Shown: positions 1 through 7,346 of the stretch, piece after piece
How positions within the stretch are numbered: position 1 is the stretch's first letter
Layout: every line of letters begins with the position of its first letter
Source of the DNA: a virus
Lineage: Duplodnaviria > Caudoviricetes
IMG/VR virus record: IMGVR_UViG_3300030376_003987
Coordinates: 32,001-96,000 of that record
Direction: 5' to 3' (one strand)
Length of the DNA stretch: 64,000 nt
Notes under the pieces: model-generated
The model's database searches: none
What the model saw: only the letters and a program-made list of their open reading frames with translations
Told to the model about the DNA's origin: nothing
Program-made: the position numbers and the translations under genes

Positions 1-190
1 GTACAAACTTACCTTGACTTTCAATAGATGCAACTACCATAGGTATTACACCACCAGATTTAGTTTCTTTATACTTAACTCTATCTTCTAATTCATGAAG
101 AGGGTTAGCGTCAACATATTCCTTCCAGGAATTAAGTTGTTGTTCTGCCCAATCAAGTTCAGCGTTTATGTATGTAGTTTTCTTTGCCAT
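1..190 (-). CDS. Conserved phage protein, 3' end outside the window (possibly from the packaging operon)
   Basis: ATG at 190 reads MAKKTTYINAELDWAEQQLNSWKEYVDANPLHEL... open to the window edge; collinear with the upstream minus-strand operon. Confidence 0.6.
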   Translation of the reverse strand, partial: MAKKTTYINAELDWAEQQLNSWKEYVDANPLHELEDRVKYKETKSGGVIPMVVASIESQGKFV

Positions 191-243
191 TTATGTTTTG
201 TTCGTTCCACCCATCTTCCCAATATATAAAGATGAGATTACTA

Positions 244-525
244 TTAATATCCATCATCGTCATTTAGTTCATGAACATTACTGATTCTCATACCATCTCG
301 TAGTATTTTATCTATCTCAGACTCATCATGAGGTACATCCATATCTATACTAATTTGATATTTTTGTAATGTGTGATATAGGTTTTTATCTGTTAATCCC
401 CATAAATACTTAGTTTCTAGTCCATCAAATGATGTAGCTAAGTGTTTTCCTAAACTTAAGGAAGGGTGATCTCTTTTAAGTTCTGCTAGTAATTTAATTA
501 TTTTGTGATAATATGTTGCACTCAT
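244..525 (-). CDS. Hypothetical protein
   Basis: 93-aa ORF tightly packed in the minus-strand operon. Confidence 0.65.
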   Translation of the reverse strand: MSATYYHKIIKLLAELKRDHPSLSLGKHLATSFDGLETKYLWGLTDKNLYHTLQKYQISIDMDVPHDESEIDKILRDGMRISNVHELNDDDGY

Positions 526-527
526 GT

Positions 528-800
528 TTATATCAGATCATTTATGTCTTCATCAGATATAGGGTTTATATCTTCTTCAGGTGGTTTAACTTCTGTAAGT
601 AAATATTCTGGATCTGTTTCTTTTGTTTCTGATTGACCATCATAATATTCAGGTCTAACTGTAACTTTTATCACATCATTTTCTGAATCCTCTCTTGGTT
701 CTCCTTCTATATCAATGAAATCTGCTCCTTCTTCATATAACTGAGTTAGTACATGAATAAGTGATGTTACTGGTATTTTATTTAGCCTTAGATGCTTCAT
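528..800 (-). CDS. Acidic hypothetical protein
   Basis: ORF track 528..824; ATG at 800 (MKHLRLNK) is the likelier start. Confidence 0.6.
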   Translation of the reverse strand: MKHLRLNKIPVTSLIHVLTQLYEEGADFIDIEGEPREDSENDVIKVTVRPEYYDGQSETKETDPEYLLTEVKPPEEDINPISDEDINDLI

Positions 801-1077
801 GTTTCTTATATTCTTGTTCTTCAATATCTGTTAATACAGCTTTCCATTTGTTTATAGGGCAAGAGCATGATAAACATTTACTCTTTGCAGAAAGTGTACA
901 ACCACAACTTATACAGTGTGCATCTGGTCGTACAGTGGAGTGATTCTTAGAATGATGTTCACATTCATTACATATTGCTAGGCGCTCTGCACTCACCATA
1001 GCTATCTGCTCCTTTAGCTTCTCTGGAGGTAAGAGATTGTTTCTCCACCCCTCATATATCTCCTTTATCTTTATCAT
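778..1077 (-). CDS. Cys-rich Zn-binding protein (DUF6171-like)
   Basis: ERLAICNECEH...CISCGCTLSAKSKCLSCSCPINKW pattern. Confidence 0.65.
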   Translation of the reverse strand: MIKIKEIYEGWRNNLLPPEKLKEQIAMVSAERLAICNECEHHSKNHSTVRPDAHCISCGCTLSAKSKCLSCSCPINKWKAVLTDIEEQEYKKHEASKAK

Positions 1078-1417
1078 CTAGTTTTGGTTTTAATGACATT
1101 AATGTTAAGTTCAGTCTACTAAGTTTACTCTTTATGTAATTTAATTTTTTTTCTGGGGTATTCTCATCTACTATCATCTTCTCATACCCAAGTTTAATAT
1201 CTTCAAGCTTACTTACATGTTTCTTTGCTTTCTTCTTGTTGAATAGAAACTTACCAAATCCAGAGAGCTCTACACTGTTGTTTGTCTTTAAGGCATCATG
1301 AACGCCATCAAATTGATGTGTTATCACCTGGTTTATCACTCTCTCTGATATCACCATCTTTGTTGACATCTTCCTCACTATCCACTCTCTGAGCGTCATG
1401 TCTTTCGGTTTCTTCAT
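1052..1417 (-). CDS. HU/IHF-like DNA-binding protein
   Basis: DALKTNNSVELSGFGKF matches the HU/IHF signature; IHF homologues are typical of crAss-like phages. Confidence 0.7.
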   Translation of the reverse strand: MKKPKDMTLREWIVRKMSTKMVISERVINQVITHQFDGVHDALKTNNSVELSGFGKFLFNKKKAKKHVSKLEDIKLGYEKMIVDENTPEKKLNYIKSKLSRLNLTLMSLKPKLDDKDKGDI

Positions 1418-1766
1418 AGTGCGCTATCTTTACTACTAAGTTTAAATTTTTTTTGAAGTCTAAAACGATGATGGGATTGACCCTCACCTTACCTGACTCC
1501 TTTACAAATATACCTATCTTCTTAAGCTTAGATACAATGTTGTTGATTGTTGCTGTCGTTGTTTTGTACTTGTCACAAAATTGTGTTCTTGCATTAGCAT
1601 AAGATATTGTACCCTTAACAGCTGTAAATGCTACCAACTCAATCTCACGTTTGGTAAGACCAAGATTGTTTATAGCTGACAGTATAGAATAATACTTCTG
1701 AGCTATAGCATATTCATCACTTAAGCTTTTCTGTAGCTTTTGAATGACTATCTTTCTTTCTTCCAT
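1308..1766 (-). CDS. Winged-helix DNA-binding protein
   Basis: TTTATINNIVSKLKKIGIFVKESGKVRVNP resembles a recognition helix plus wing. Confidence 0.6.
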   Translation of the reverse strand: MEERKIVIQKLQKSLSDEYAIAQKYYSILSAINNLGLTKREIELVAFTAVKGTISYANARTQFCDKYKTTTATINNIVSKLKKIGIFVKESGKVRVNPIIVLDFKKNLNLVVKIAHYEETERHDAQRVDSEEDVNKDGDIRESDKPGDNTSI

Positions 1767-1800
1767 GATTTAGTTGTTCTTATTATACGTATGTACATTA

Positions 1801-1808
1801 CAAATATA
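1801..1808 (-). promoter_or_regulatory. Bacteroidota -7 promoter box (TATATTTG) for the leftward operon
   Basis: caaatata on + strand = TAnnTTTG on minus, about 35 nt upstream of ATG 1766. Confidence 0.6.
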
Positions 1809-2105
1809 CAATAAATATTTTAATGTTCTACATCCCTTTGTTTTTCAATGCTATATTATGTCTAACATTTCTCTTTTTCCTTTCTTGGGACTTGATAAGT
1901 GGTATTAACTAAGCCCACCCACCCACCAAAGGTATAACATTTTTGTGGTGCCAACCAAATTTTCTGAAAACTTTTTTTTAAAAACGTCCCACCCCATCGT
2001 GTGTATAAGAGTGTAGTCCCCTCCCCACAGAGACCCCACGCATAAAAAGCAGGGTTGGGATAGTCCCCCCTCATTAATAAGTCTAATATTAAAAACAGAA
2101 AGAAA

Positions 2106-2495
2106 ATGGCTTTAGAATTTAAATTGTACGAACGTACCGAGAGAACTGAATTAGGAACTGTTGCTGAACTAACAGGTGTTGGTGGCAAAATTGGTTTATT
2201 ACCTACTAACTTTAACAATCACGACAAGCGTGTTGTTATTATTATGAAGAAAGCTGACGGCACAAGTGCCCAAGTGGTTTGTTCTTCTAACGTAAGTAAG
2301 GGCTTACGAGCTAAGGAAATTACCCTCAGCCAAGTGCAGGGCTTTCAAATCGTTGAGCAAATTACGCCTGACGGTGAAATCATTAACATTGTAACAATGC
2401 CAAGTGGTGGTGCTCTTGTTGAGTTCAATGTTACTAACGAGGTTGCTGAGTACCAAGCTCCAACCTTTGACCCAAGCGAGTTGGTTGCTTTCTAA
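2106..2495 (+). CDS. Hypothetical protein, first rightward (early) gene
   Basis: 129-aa ORF with an A-rich leader, followed by a terminator. Confidence 0.75.
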   Translation: MALEFKLYERTERTELGTVAELTGVGGKIGLLPTNFNNHDKRVVIIMKKADGTSAQVVCSSNVSKGLRAKEITLSQVQGFQIVEQITPDGEIINIVTMPSGGALVEFNVTNEVAEYQAPTFDPSELVAF

Positions 2496-2514
2496 GCAAT
2501 CAATTAGTAAAGGA

Positions 2515-2539
2515 GGGAGGGTAACACCTCCCTTTTTTT
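2515..2539 (+). terminator. Rho-independent terminator
   Basis: gggagg-gtaaca-cctccc followed by T7. Confidence 0.8.
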
Positions 2540-2801
2540 ATATATAGGGTGGGAGAAAGACAAGGGTGGGCATTTAAAACACAAAAATGGTTTGTTTGTA
2601 TGTGTTTTATGTGTATGAAAGAAAGAGTGTGTACACAGTATCCACTTTTTACCACCTTTTACCACCTGTTATAATACTCACAGTATATTAAATAAATATA
2701 GCATTAACATGCTACACTTATACTAACACCTAATAACTTTCTCTCTATGCTTATATTAAGTTGGGGAGCTCTAAAGCTGAAGAGCATTGTACTAAATTAT
2801 C

Positions 2802-2999
2802 ATGGAAAACCACTTATTTAAAATCCATCACAAGATAAAACTACAACTTGATGCTATATGTCAAGAAGCAGGAGATATGAATGTAGAAGAGTTTATGCAA
2901 GTGTATGAATCTCTCAAACAAGATATGTATCCTAAGAAAACAGGTATCAGTCGTAACTTCCAAGAAGATATGATTAATGATATGGATATGGGTCAATAA
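2802..2999 (+). CDS. Hypothetical early protein
   Basis: 65-aa ORF preceded by a conserved 18-nt leader motif. Confidence 0.6.
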   Translation: MENHLFKIHHKIKLQLDAICQEAGDMNVEEFMQVYESLKQDMYPKKTGISRNFQEDMINDMDMGQ

Positions 3000-3115
3000 T
3001 AACAATAATAAACTCACTTGTAAAACAAGGGTAGATACCTCACGGAGTATGAGGTTGAGTGAGCAAAGTATCAGGGGAATAAGGTTATGCGTTAAAACCT
3101 GAATGATTGTTATTA
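2997..3115 (+). ncRNA. Candidate structured RNA 1 (multibranch)
   Basis: 10-bp closing stem taataacaat/attgttatta enclosing ctcact/agtgag, acctca/tgaggt and tcagg/cctga stems; intergenic. Confidence 0.4.
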
Positions 3116-3198
3116 ACTCTCATCCAATTGCAGGTGATACTCTGAGTGGTATCAAATAGCGGAATGCACAAGTCAAGGATTGCAACCTTGTGAGAGTT
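3115..3198 (+). ncRNA. Candidate structured RNA 2 (three-way junction)
   Basis: aactctca/tgagagtt closing stem; tgca/tgca plus tgatac/gtatca arm; caagg/ccttg hairpin. Confidence 0.45.
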
Positions 3199-3239
3199 TT
3201 TAATTAACTTAAGGCTGGAGAGCATCGTACTGTAACATT

Positions 3240-3329
3240 ATGAAAAGAAATGACGATACATGCAACACAGCAATACTTATATTAGTGCTGCTGTGTGTTG
3301 TTATGTACTTTATAGGTAAATATACATGA
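3240..3329 (+). CDS. 29-aa single-TM micro-protein
   Basis: MKRNDDTCNTAILILVLLCVVMYFIGKYT*; same leader motif and spacing as 2802. Confidence 0.5.
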   Translation: MKRNDDTCNTAILILVLLCVVMYFIGKYT

Positions 3330-3330
3330 T

Positions 3331-3465
3331 ATGGAAGATGAGTTTGAATATCAAGGACGTTCTAAGGAGCGTTATGAATCTAATATGAAGATTGGTTGTC
3401 TTATAGCTATTCTCTTTTGGGGCTCAGCTATAGCTATCTTCTTATATAAAATGTTTTGGGCATAG
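3331..3465 (+). CDS. 44-aa single-TM micro-protein
   Basis: MEDEFEYQGRSKERYESNMKIGCLIAILFWGSAIAIFLYKMFWA*; starts 1 nt after the previous stop. Confidence 0.55.
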   Translation: MEDEFEYQGRSKERYESNMKIGCLIAILFWGSAIAIFLYKMFWA

Positions 3466-3538
3466 AATGGCTATTAAGCAACAATCAGGTGGTGCATCAC
3501 CCAACGCTGCAGGAGAGCATGAGCGCAGCCTTCTATGC
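3460..3538 (+). ncRNA. Candidate structured RNA 3
   Basis: gcatagaa/ttctatgc plus ggct/agcc closing stem, with internal ggtg/cacc and cgct/agcg hairpins; GC-richer than its surroundings. Confidence 0.4.
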
Positions 3539-3584
3539 TTCAAAGCATATTAATAAATACGTTTAATCAATAAATACAACAACA

Positions 3585-3731
3585 ATGAGAACAATTAAGT
3601 TAACACCTGTACAGTTTTACAGGTTTAGAAAGGTTGCACTTCTTTATGGAGTGTTATTTATGTGTAACATATCACAAGGTGTTTACACAGTGGAAGCTAA
3701 TGATGATAAGCTAGAACAAATAGGTTATTAG
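3585..3731 (+). CDS. 48-aa hypothetical protein
   Basis: MRTIKLTPVQFYRFRKVALLYGV...EQIGY*, A-rich leader, abuts the next gene. Confidence 0.55.
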   Translation: MRTIKLTPVQFYRFRKVALLYGVLFMCNISQGVYTVEANDDKLEQIGY

Positions 3732-3733
3732 TC

Positions 3734-3985
3734 ATGGCTCACAAAGAAGAAACTTGGGACATAGAGTACTGCAATGTGGTACTCTTTGTTACAGGATGTT
3801 ACAGTCCTGAAGAAAAGATGGTAATGTATAACTCAGACTTATCTGGTTATCCAGGAGCACCAGCTGATTTTGATATAGACAAGATTCAGTGTGGAGGTCA
3901 AGATATCATGGACTTAATAAGTGGAAGTCAACTTGATGAGATAGAGAAATTAATACTAAATACACACTACAATCATGAGTATTAA
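3734..3985 (+). CDS. Hypothetical protein
   Basis: 83-aa ORF in the early operon. Confidence 0.65.
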   Translation: MAHKEETWDIEYCNVVLFVTGCYSPEEKMVMYNSDLSGYPGAPADFDIDKIQCGGQDIMDLISGSQLDEIEKLILNTHYNHEY

Positions 3986-4121
3986 AGAACACAAGGTGCT
4001 TGCAACAGGTTTGCATTGCATTACAGACAATAAAGGACGTGTACATGTTTACACGGAGAAAGAGTATAGCCTCTTAACATGGTGGCATAAAATCAAGGCT
4101 AAATACTTTGGACATGGATAG
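3975..4121 (+). CDS. 48-aa hypothetical protein
   Basis: MSIKEHKVLATGLHCITDNKGRVHVYTEKEY...; overlaps both neighbours by a few nt. Confidence 0.55.
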   Translation: MSIKEHKVLATGLHCITDNKGRVHVYTEKEYSLLTWWHKIKAKYFGHG

Positions 4122-4296
4122 ATATAAGAAGAATCTGAAGGTAGAAGGTGACAAGGTGTACAGTTATGATACACATGTTGCTACAATTGATGAACCAGCT
4201 GGACATTTGATTGTTCATGGTGTTTGGAGTGTAACAACAACTAAACACGTTAACTACGTTGCACGAGAACATGGATTAAGACAAAGATATGATTAA
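4114..4296 (+). CDS. Small phage protein (YSY-TH / SxTTxKH type)
   Basis: KVYSYDTHVATID...WSVTTTKHVNY; ATG at 4114. Confidence 0.6.
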   Translation: MDRYKKNLKVEGDKVYSYDTHVATIDEPAGHLIVHGVWSVTTTKHVNYVAREHGLRQRYD

Positions 4297-5122
4297 GACA
4301 CAGAAAACACGTACGCTCGTTACTAAAGACAATAACAATAGTGCTAATTGCATTGCACCAAACCTCATCTATGGGTGTTTTGGAGGTTGTGTAGACACAT
4401 ATTGTTACATGTCTAGATATAATGGGCGTAGAGTGTTTGTAAACACAAATGTAGATGAGATATTTCAATCTGTTGTTGAGTGGGAGAAAGGATTCAATAA
4501 GGTTGCAGACCAACAGGATCCAATCTACACTATGGTTGACGTAGCATGCAATACAGACTTGGTGCTTATGCAAAAGCATATGCCTGAGTCTTTGCATGAT
4601 TATCTCAAGCGCTATGATGACCATCCACAGCTTAACAGTACAATGGCTACAAAGTATCCAGCGCTGTTGAAGCTTGATGTTACACATTTCAACAAGCCTC
4701 CAAGAGTGAGAGTGAGTCTTATGCCACAAACATATTCTAATGTGTTGGAGCCTAAGATGCAGAAGATATCATCTCGTATAGAGGATATTGACCGCTTGAA
4801 AGACTTAGGATGGCAAGTGCACATAAACTATTCACCTGTTGTATTCCAAAGAAGATGGATACAAGAGTATGATGAACTGTTTGCAGAGGTGAAGCGTGTA
4901 GCAGGTGTGAACAAGTGTGAAGTGATAGTGCTCACTAATCATAGGAATCAGATGGCTAAAGCATCACCAGAAGCACAAGAGATGATGAAACACAGTTGTG
5001 AGATCAAGAATAACAGTGGTGTTATGAGATATCCAATACGTGATAAGACTAAATTGCTTTCAAGATGGAAGCAGTTGTACAATAAGTATTTTGAATTAGA
5101 AACAATTAGATATATATTTTAA
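4289..5122 (+). CDS. Spore photoproduct lyase-like radical SAM protein
   Basis: NLIYGCFGGCVDTYCYM Cys cluster; CNTD, ATKY, RVRVSLMP and INYSPV segments resemble SplB. Confidence 0.7.
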   Translation: MIKTQKTRTLVTKDNNNSANCIAPNLIYGCFGGCVDTYCYMSRYNGRRVFVNTNVDEIFQSVVEWEKGFNKVADQQDPIYTMVDVACNTDLVLMQKHMPESLHDYLKRYDDHPQLNSTMATKYPALLKLDVTHFNKPPRVRVSLMPQTYSNVLEPKMQKISSRIEDIDRLKDLGWQVHINYSPVVFQRRWIQEYDELFAEVKRVAGVNKCEVIVLTNHRNQMAKASPEAQEMMKHSCEIKNNSGVMRYPIRDKTKLLSRWKQLYNKYFELETIRYIF

Positions 5123-5123
5123 A

Positions 5124-5357
5124 ATGGAAAATTACAGAAGAGTAAAAGGTTATGAGTTTGAGTTTGTAGACCAAGGACCAGATGATAGATTCTATCAGTG
5201 TCGTGGTGATGTTTATTATGATGATGAACATGATGAGATCCCTGAACCAGGTTTATGGGAAGCAGCTCTACAATTAGAACAACAACTAAAAGACGAGGGT
5301 TATGTTGCAGATGCAAACCACTCTGAGAAAGGATGGGTTGAGGTGTGTCTGCTTTAA
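5124..5357 (+). CDS. Hypothetical protein
   Basis: 77-aa acidic ORF ending HSEKGWVEV. Confidence 0.65.
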   Translation: MENYRRVKGYEFEFVDQGPDDRFYQCRGDVYYDDEHDEIPEPGLWEAALQLEQQLKDEGYVADANHSEKGWVEVCLL

Positions 5358-5710
5358 TAAGTGTAATTGAATGGAATACTGGACAGTCATTTCATTCTAA
5401 GAATCTAGCAGCTAGTTACTTCAACATACCTTATTCCTTAGTTACTAAGAGTATTAAGAAAGAGGAAGAAGTGATTACTGAAAGAGGTAAGAAGCTTAGA
5501 TTTACACTAGGTGGCTCAACAAGAGCTAGATCTACTGTACATAAACCAAAGACTGATGATGGTAAAACATTAAACTTTGGTAAGCACAAAGGAGTACAGA
5601 TGAGAGATATACCAACACAATACTTAAAATGGGCATATGATAACGTAAGTAGATGTCCAAAGTGTGTTGAGAATGAATTGATAAAAAGAAATGAATTACT
5701 AAATAGATAA
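5345..5710 (+). CDS. HTH (NUMOD1-like) plus DUF3820-like domain protein
   Basis: FHSKNLAASYFNI at the N-terminus; LNFGKHKGVQMRDIPTQYLKW at the C-terminus. Confidence 0.6.
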   Translation: MSALISVIEWNTGQSFHSKNLAASYFNIPYSLVTKSIKKEEEVITERGKKLRFTLGGSTRARSTVHKPKTDDGKTLNFGKHKGVQMRDIPTQYLKWAYDNVSRCPKCVENELIKRNELLNR

Positions 5711-5712
5711 AA

Positions 5713-5886
5713 ATGGAAGGAATAAAAGATTTACCAGAAGAAATGGCTAGCAATAAACAGCCATTCATTATGTGCCCATCTTGTTTTAAAGGAGGCATTA
5801 AGTTTAATTACATCACTAATGAGGGATCATGTGACCATTGTGGTACAAGATTCACTAAACATGGTGATAATTTAAGATTTGTGTGA
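5713..5886 (+). CDS. 57-aa Zn-ribbon protein
   Basis: CPSC...CDHC; translated by hand; fills the gap exactly. Confidence 0.6.
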   Translation: MEGIKDLPEEMASNKQPFIMCPSCFKGGIKFNYITNEGSCDHCGTRFTKHGDNLRFV

Positions 5887-5887
5887 T

Positions 5888-6397
5888 ATGTGGATAGCTT
5901 GTGAATTAGTATTCCGTCACTACAATCCTAAGGAGTTAGAAGCTGGAATGTTATTTATGAACGAGCTCAATCCTGGGAATGAAGCAAAGGAACAAATAGA
6001 AGTGTGGGCTCTCAAAGAAGAGAGTATACATAAACAGGTCACTTATGACATGATGGTGTTTGAATCTGGATTTCCTGTTCAACCATGGATTATCACAGAT
6101 GATGGTAGAATAGCTGCTATCCCTGAAGAGATGGGTTGGTTTGATCCAGGTAATCGTTCAGATGAACTAATACCATTTACCGTAGCTGAAATGAACTTCA
6201 TCATGCAAGAGTTTGATGGACTACTAGAAATCTTTGTTAACGAAGATGAACTAGAGAAAGGGATTGTAGATCCTGTACACGAAGATAACTTAGTGATTCT
6301 CAGATTCTTAACTGATGATGAGGACGCAGAAGAACTATATTTAGAAGAAGGTTTCGATAATACAACTATCGATGACCCAGATGATTTAGAAGAATAA
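5888..6397 (+). CDS. Acidic hypothetical protein
   Basis: ORF track 5879..6397; ATG at 5888 follows the previous stop. Confidence 0.65.
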   Translation: MWIACELVFRHYNPKELEAGMLFMNELNPGNEAKEQIEVWALKEESIHKQVTYDMMVFESGFPVQPWIITDDGRIAAIPEEMGWFDPGNRSDELIPFTVAEMNFIMQEFDGLLEIFVNEDELEKGIVDPVHEDNLVILRFLTDDEDAEELYLEEGFDNTTIDDPDDLEE

Positions 6398-6399
6398 TT

Positions 6400-6528
6400 A
6401 TGGAAGAATTAAGTAATTGTTGTGGAGCCTCAAGGTGGGGTGAAACAGATATATGCTCAGATTGTAAAGAGCATGCAGATTTTGAACCAGATGAAGACTG
6501 GGATAACGAAGTAATAAATAAAAGATAA
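6400..6528 (+). CDS. 42-aa Zn-finger micro-protein
   Basis: SNCCGA...ICSDCKEH. Confidence 0.6.
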   Translation: MEELSNCCGASRWGETDICSDCKEHADFEPDEDWDNEVINKR

Positions 6529-6531
6529 AAC

Positions 6532-7104
6532 ATGGGAGTAGATATTTATGGTAAAGCACCTAAGCTTATAGGCAAGAAGCCTGAACTAGATTTTAATGAT
6601 GACAACATCACTGAAGAACAAAAGAAAGACTACTGGGATGCACTAGAAAAGTGGAAAGAAAAGAATCCTGGATACTATTTTAGTAGTAACTGGTGGGGAT
6701 GGAGACCTATAGTTATGTTGTGTATGCATGCAGCAGAACAACGTGGACTGATGTTTAAGTTTGGAGAATGGATGAACAATGATGGATTGGGACTAGACAA
6801 CTGGCAAGAGTGTAACGCTCTAGCAGATGCATTAGAGCTCGCTATTGCTGAAGAGGAGAACCTAAAAGATGATGAGGATACTATATATTGTAATATGGGA
6901 TCTTGGTCTCAATCAGGTGGTCGCATGGTTGATGAACACATAGTAGATAAACTTAATGAAGACTATCCTTATGGTTCAATTATGTTTACCAGCATAGTTA
7001 GTGATGATGGAAATGTTTATTATCCTTCACACGGTACACCTCTTTGGTTGATTAAAGAATTTATTAAGTTTCTTAGAAATTGTGGTGGGTTTTCTGTTTG
7101 GTAA
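6532..7104 (+). CDS. Conserved phage hypothetical protein
   Basis: MGVDIYG...YFSSNWWGWRP...EFIKFLRNCGGFSVW. Confidence 0.75.
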   Translation: MGVDIYGKAPKLIGKKPELDFNDDNITEEQKKDYWDALEKWKEKNPGYYFSSNWWGWRPIVMLCMHAAEQRGLMFKFGEWMNNDGLGLDNWQECNALADALELAIAEEENLKDDEDTIYCNMGSWSQSGGRMVDEHIVDKLNEDYPYGSIMFTSIVSDDGNVYYPSHGTPLWLIKEFIKFLRNCGGFSVW

Positions 7105-7127
7105 TCTCATTAAATTGATTACTTTTG
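7097..7127 (+). promoter_or_regulatory. Bacteroidota sigma-70 promoter (TTTG-19 nt-TACTTTTG) for the replication block
   Basis: tttg 7097-7100 and tacttttg 7120-7127 at canonical spacing. Confidence 0.65.
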
Positions 7128-7148
7128 TAAACTCACCAGTAACGTAGT

Positions 7149-7346
7149 ATGAAGTTTATAACCTTTTTAATTAGATGGGTAGCAGGCAATTTGTCTATAC
7201 CTTTCTGGGTAGTGGGGCATATACATTTGTCTATACATGATTTTCATGACCTATACGAAGTAATTAGTAGTGTAGGCATGAATATCATTGTAGCAATTGG
7301 ATTTTATTTAGAGTGGAAAGATGTAAATAAAGAAGAACATGAATAA
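7149..7346 (+). CDS. Small membrane protein
   Basis: 65 aa with two hydrophobic segments. Confidence 0.6.
   Translation: MKFITFLIRWVAGNLSIPFWVVGHIHLSIHDFHDLYEVISSVGMNIIVAIGFYLEWKDVNKEEHE

Noticed and set aside
159-254. 31-aa minus-strand micro-ORF (MDINSNLIFIYWEDGW...)
   Set aside because: It overlaps both neighbours and is too short to support without homologues.
1862-2218. 118-aa minus-strand ORF
   Set aside because: It is antisense to the well-formed 2106 gene, crosses the regulatory strand-switch region, and has non-protein-like composition.
2777-2810. Hammerhead-like CUGAAGA...GAAA
   Set aside because: The required stem II closing pair and stems I/III are absent; it is better explained as part of the 18-nt leader motif.
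3115-3198. SAM-I riboswitch resemblance (cucaucca, gcaacc)
   Set aside because: It lacks the AGA/kink-turn P2, the GGUGC pairing partner and P4; kept only as an unknown structured RNA.
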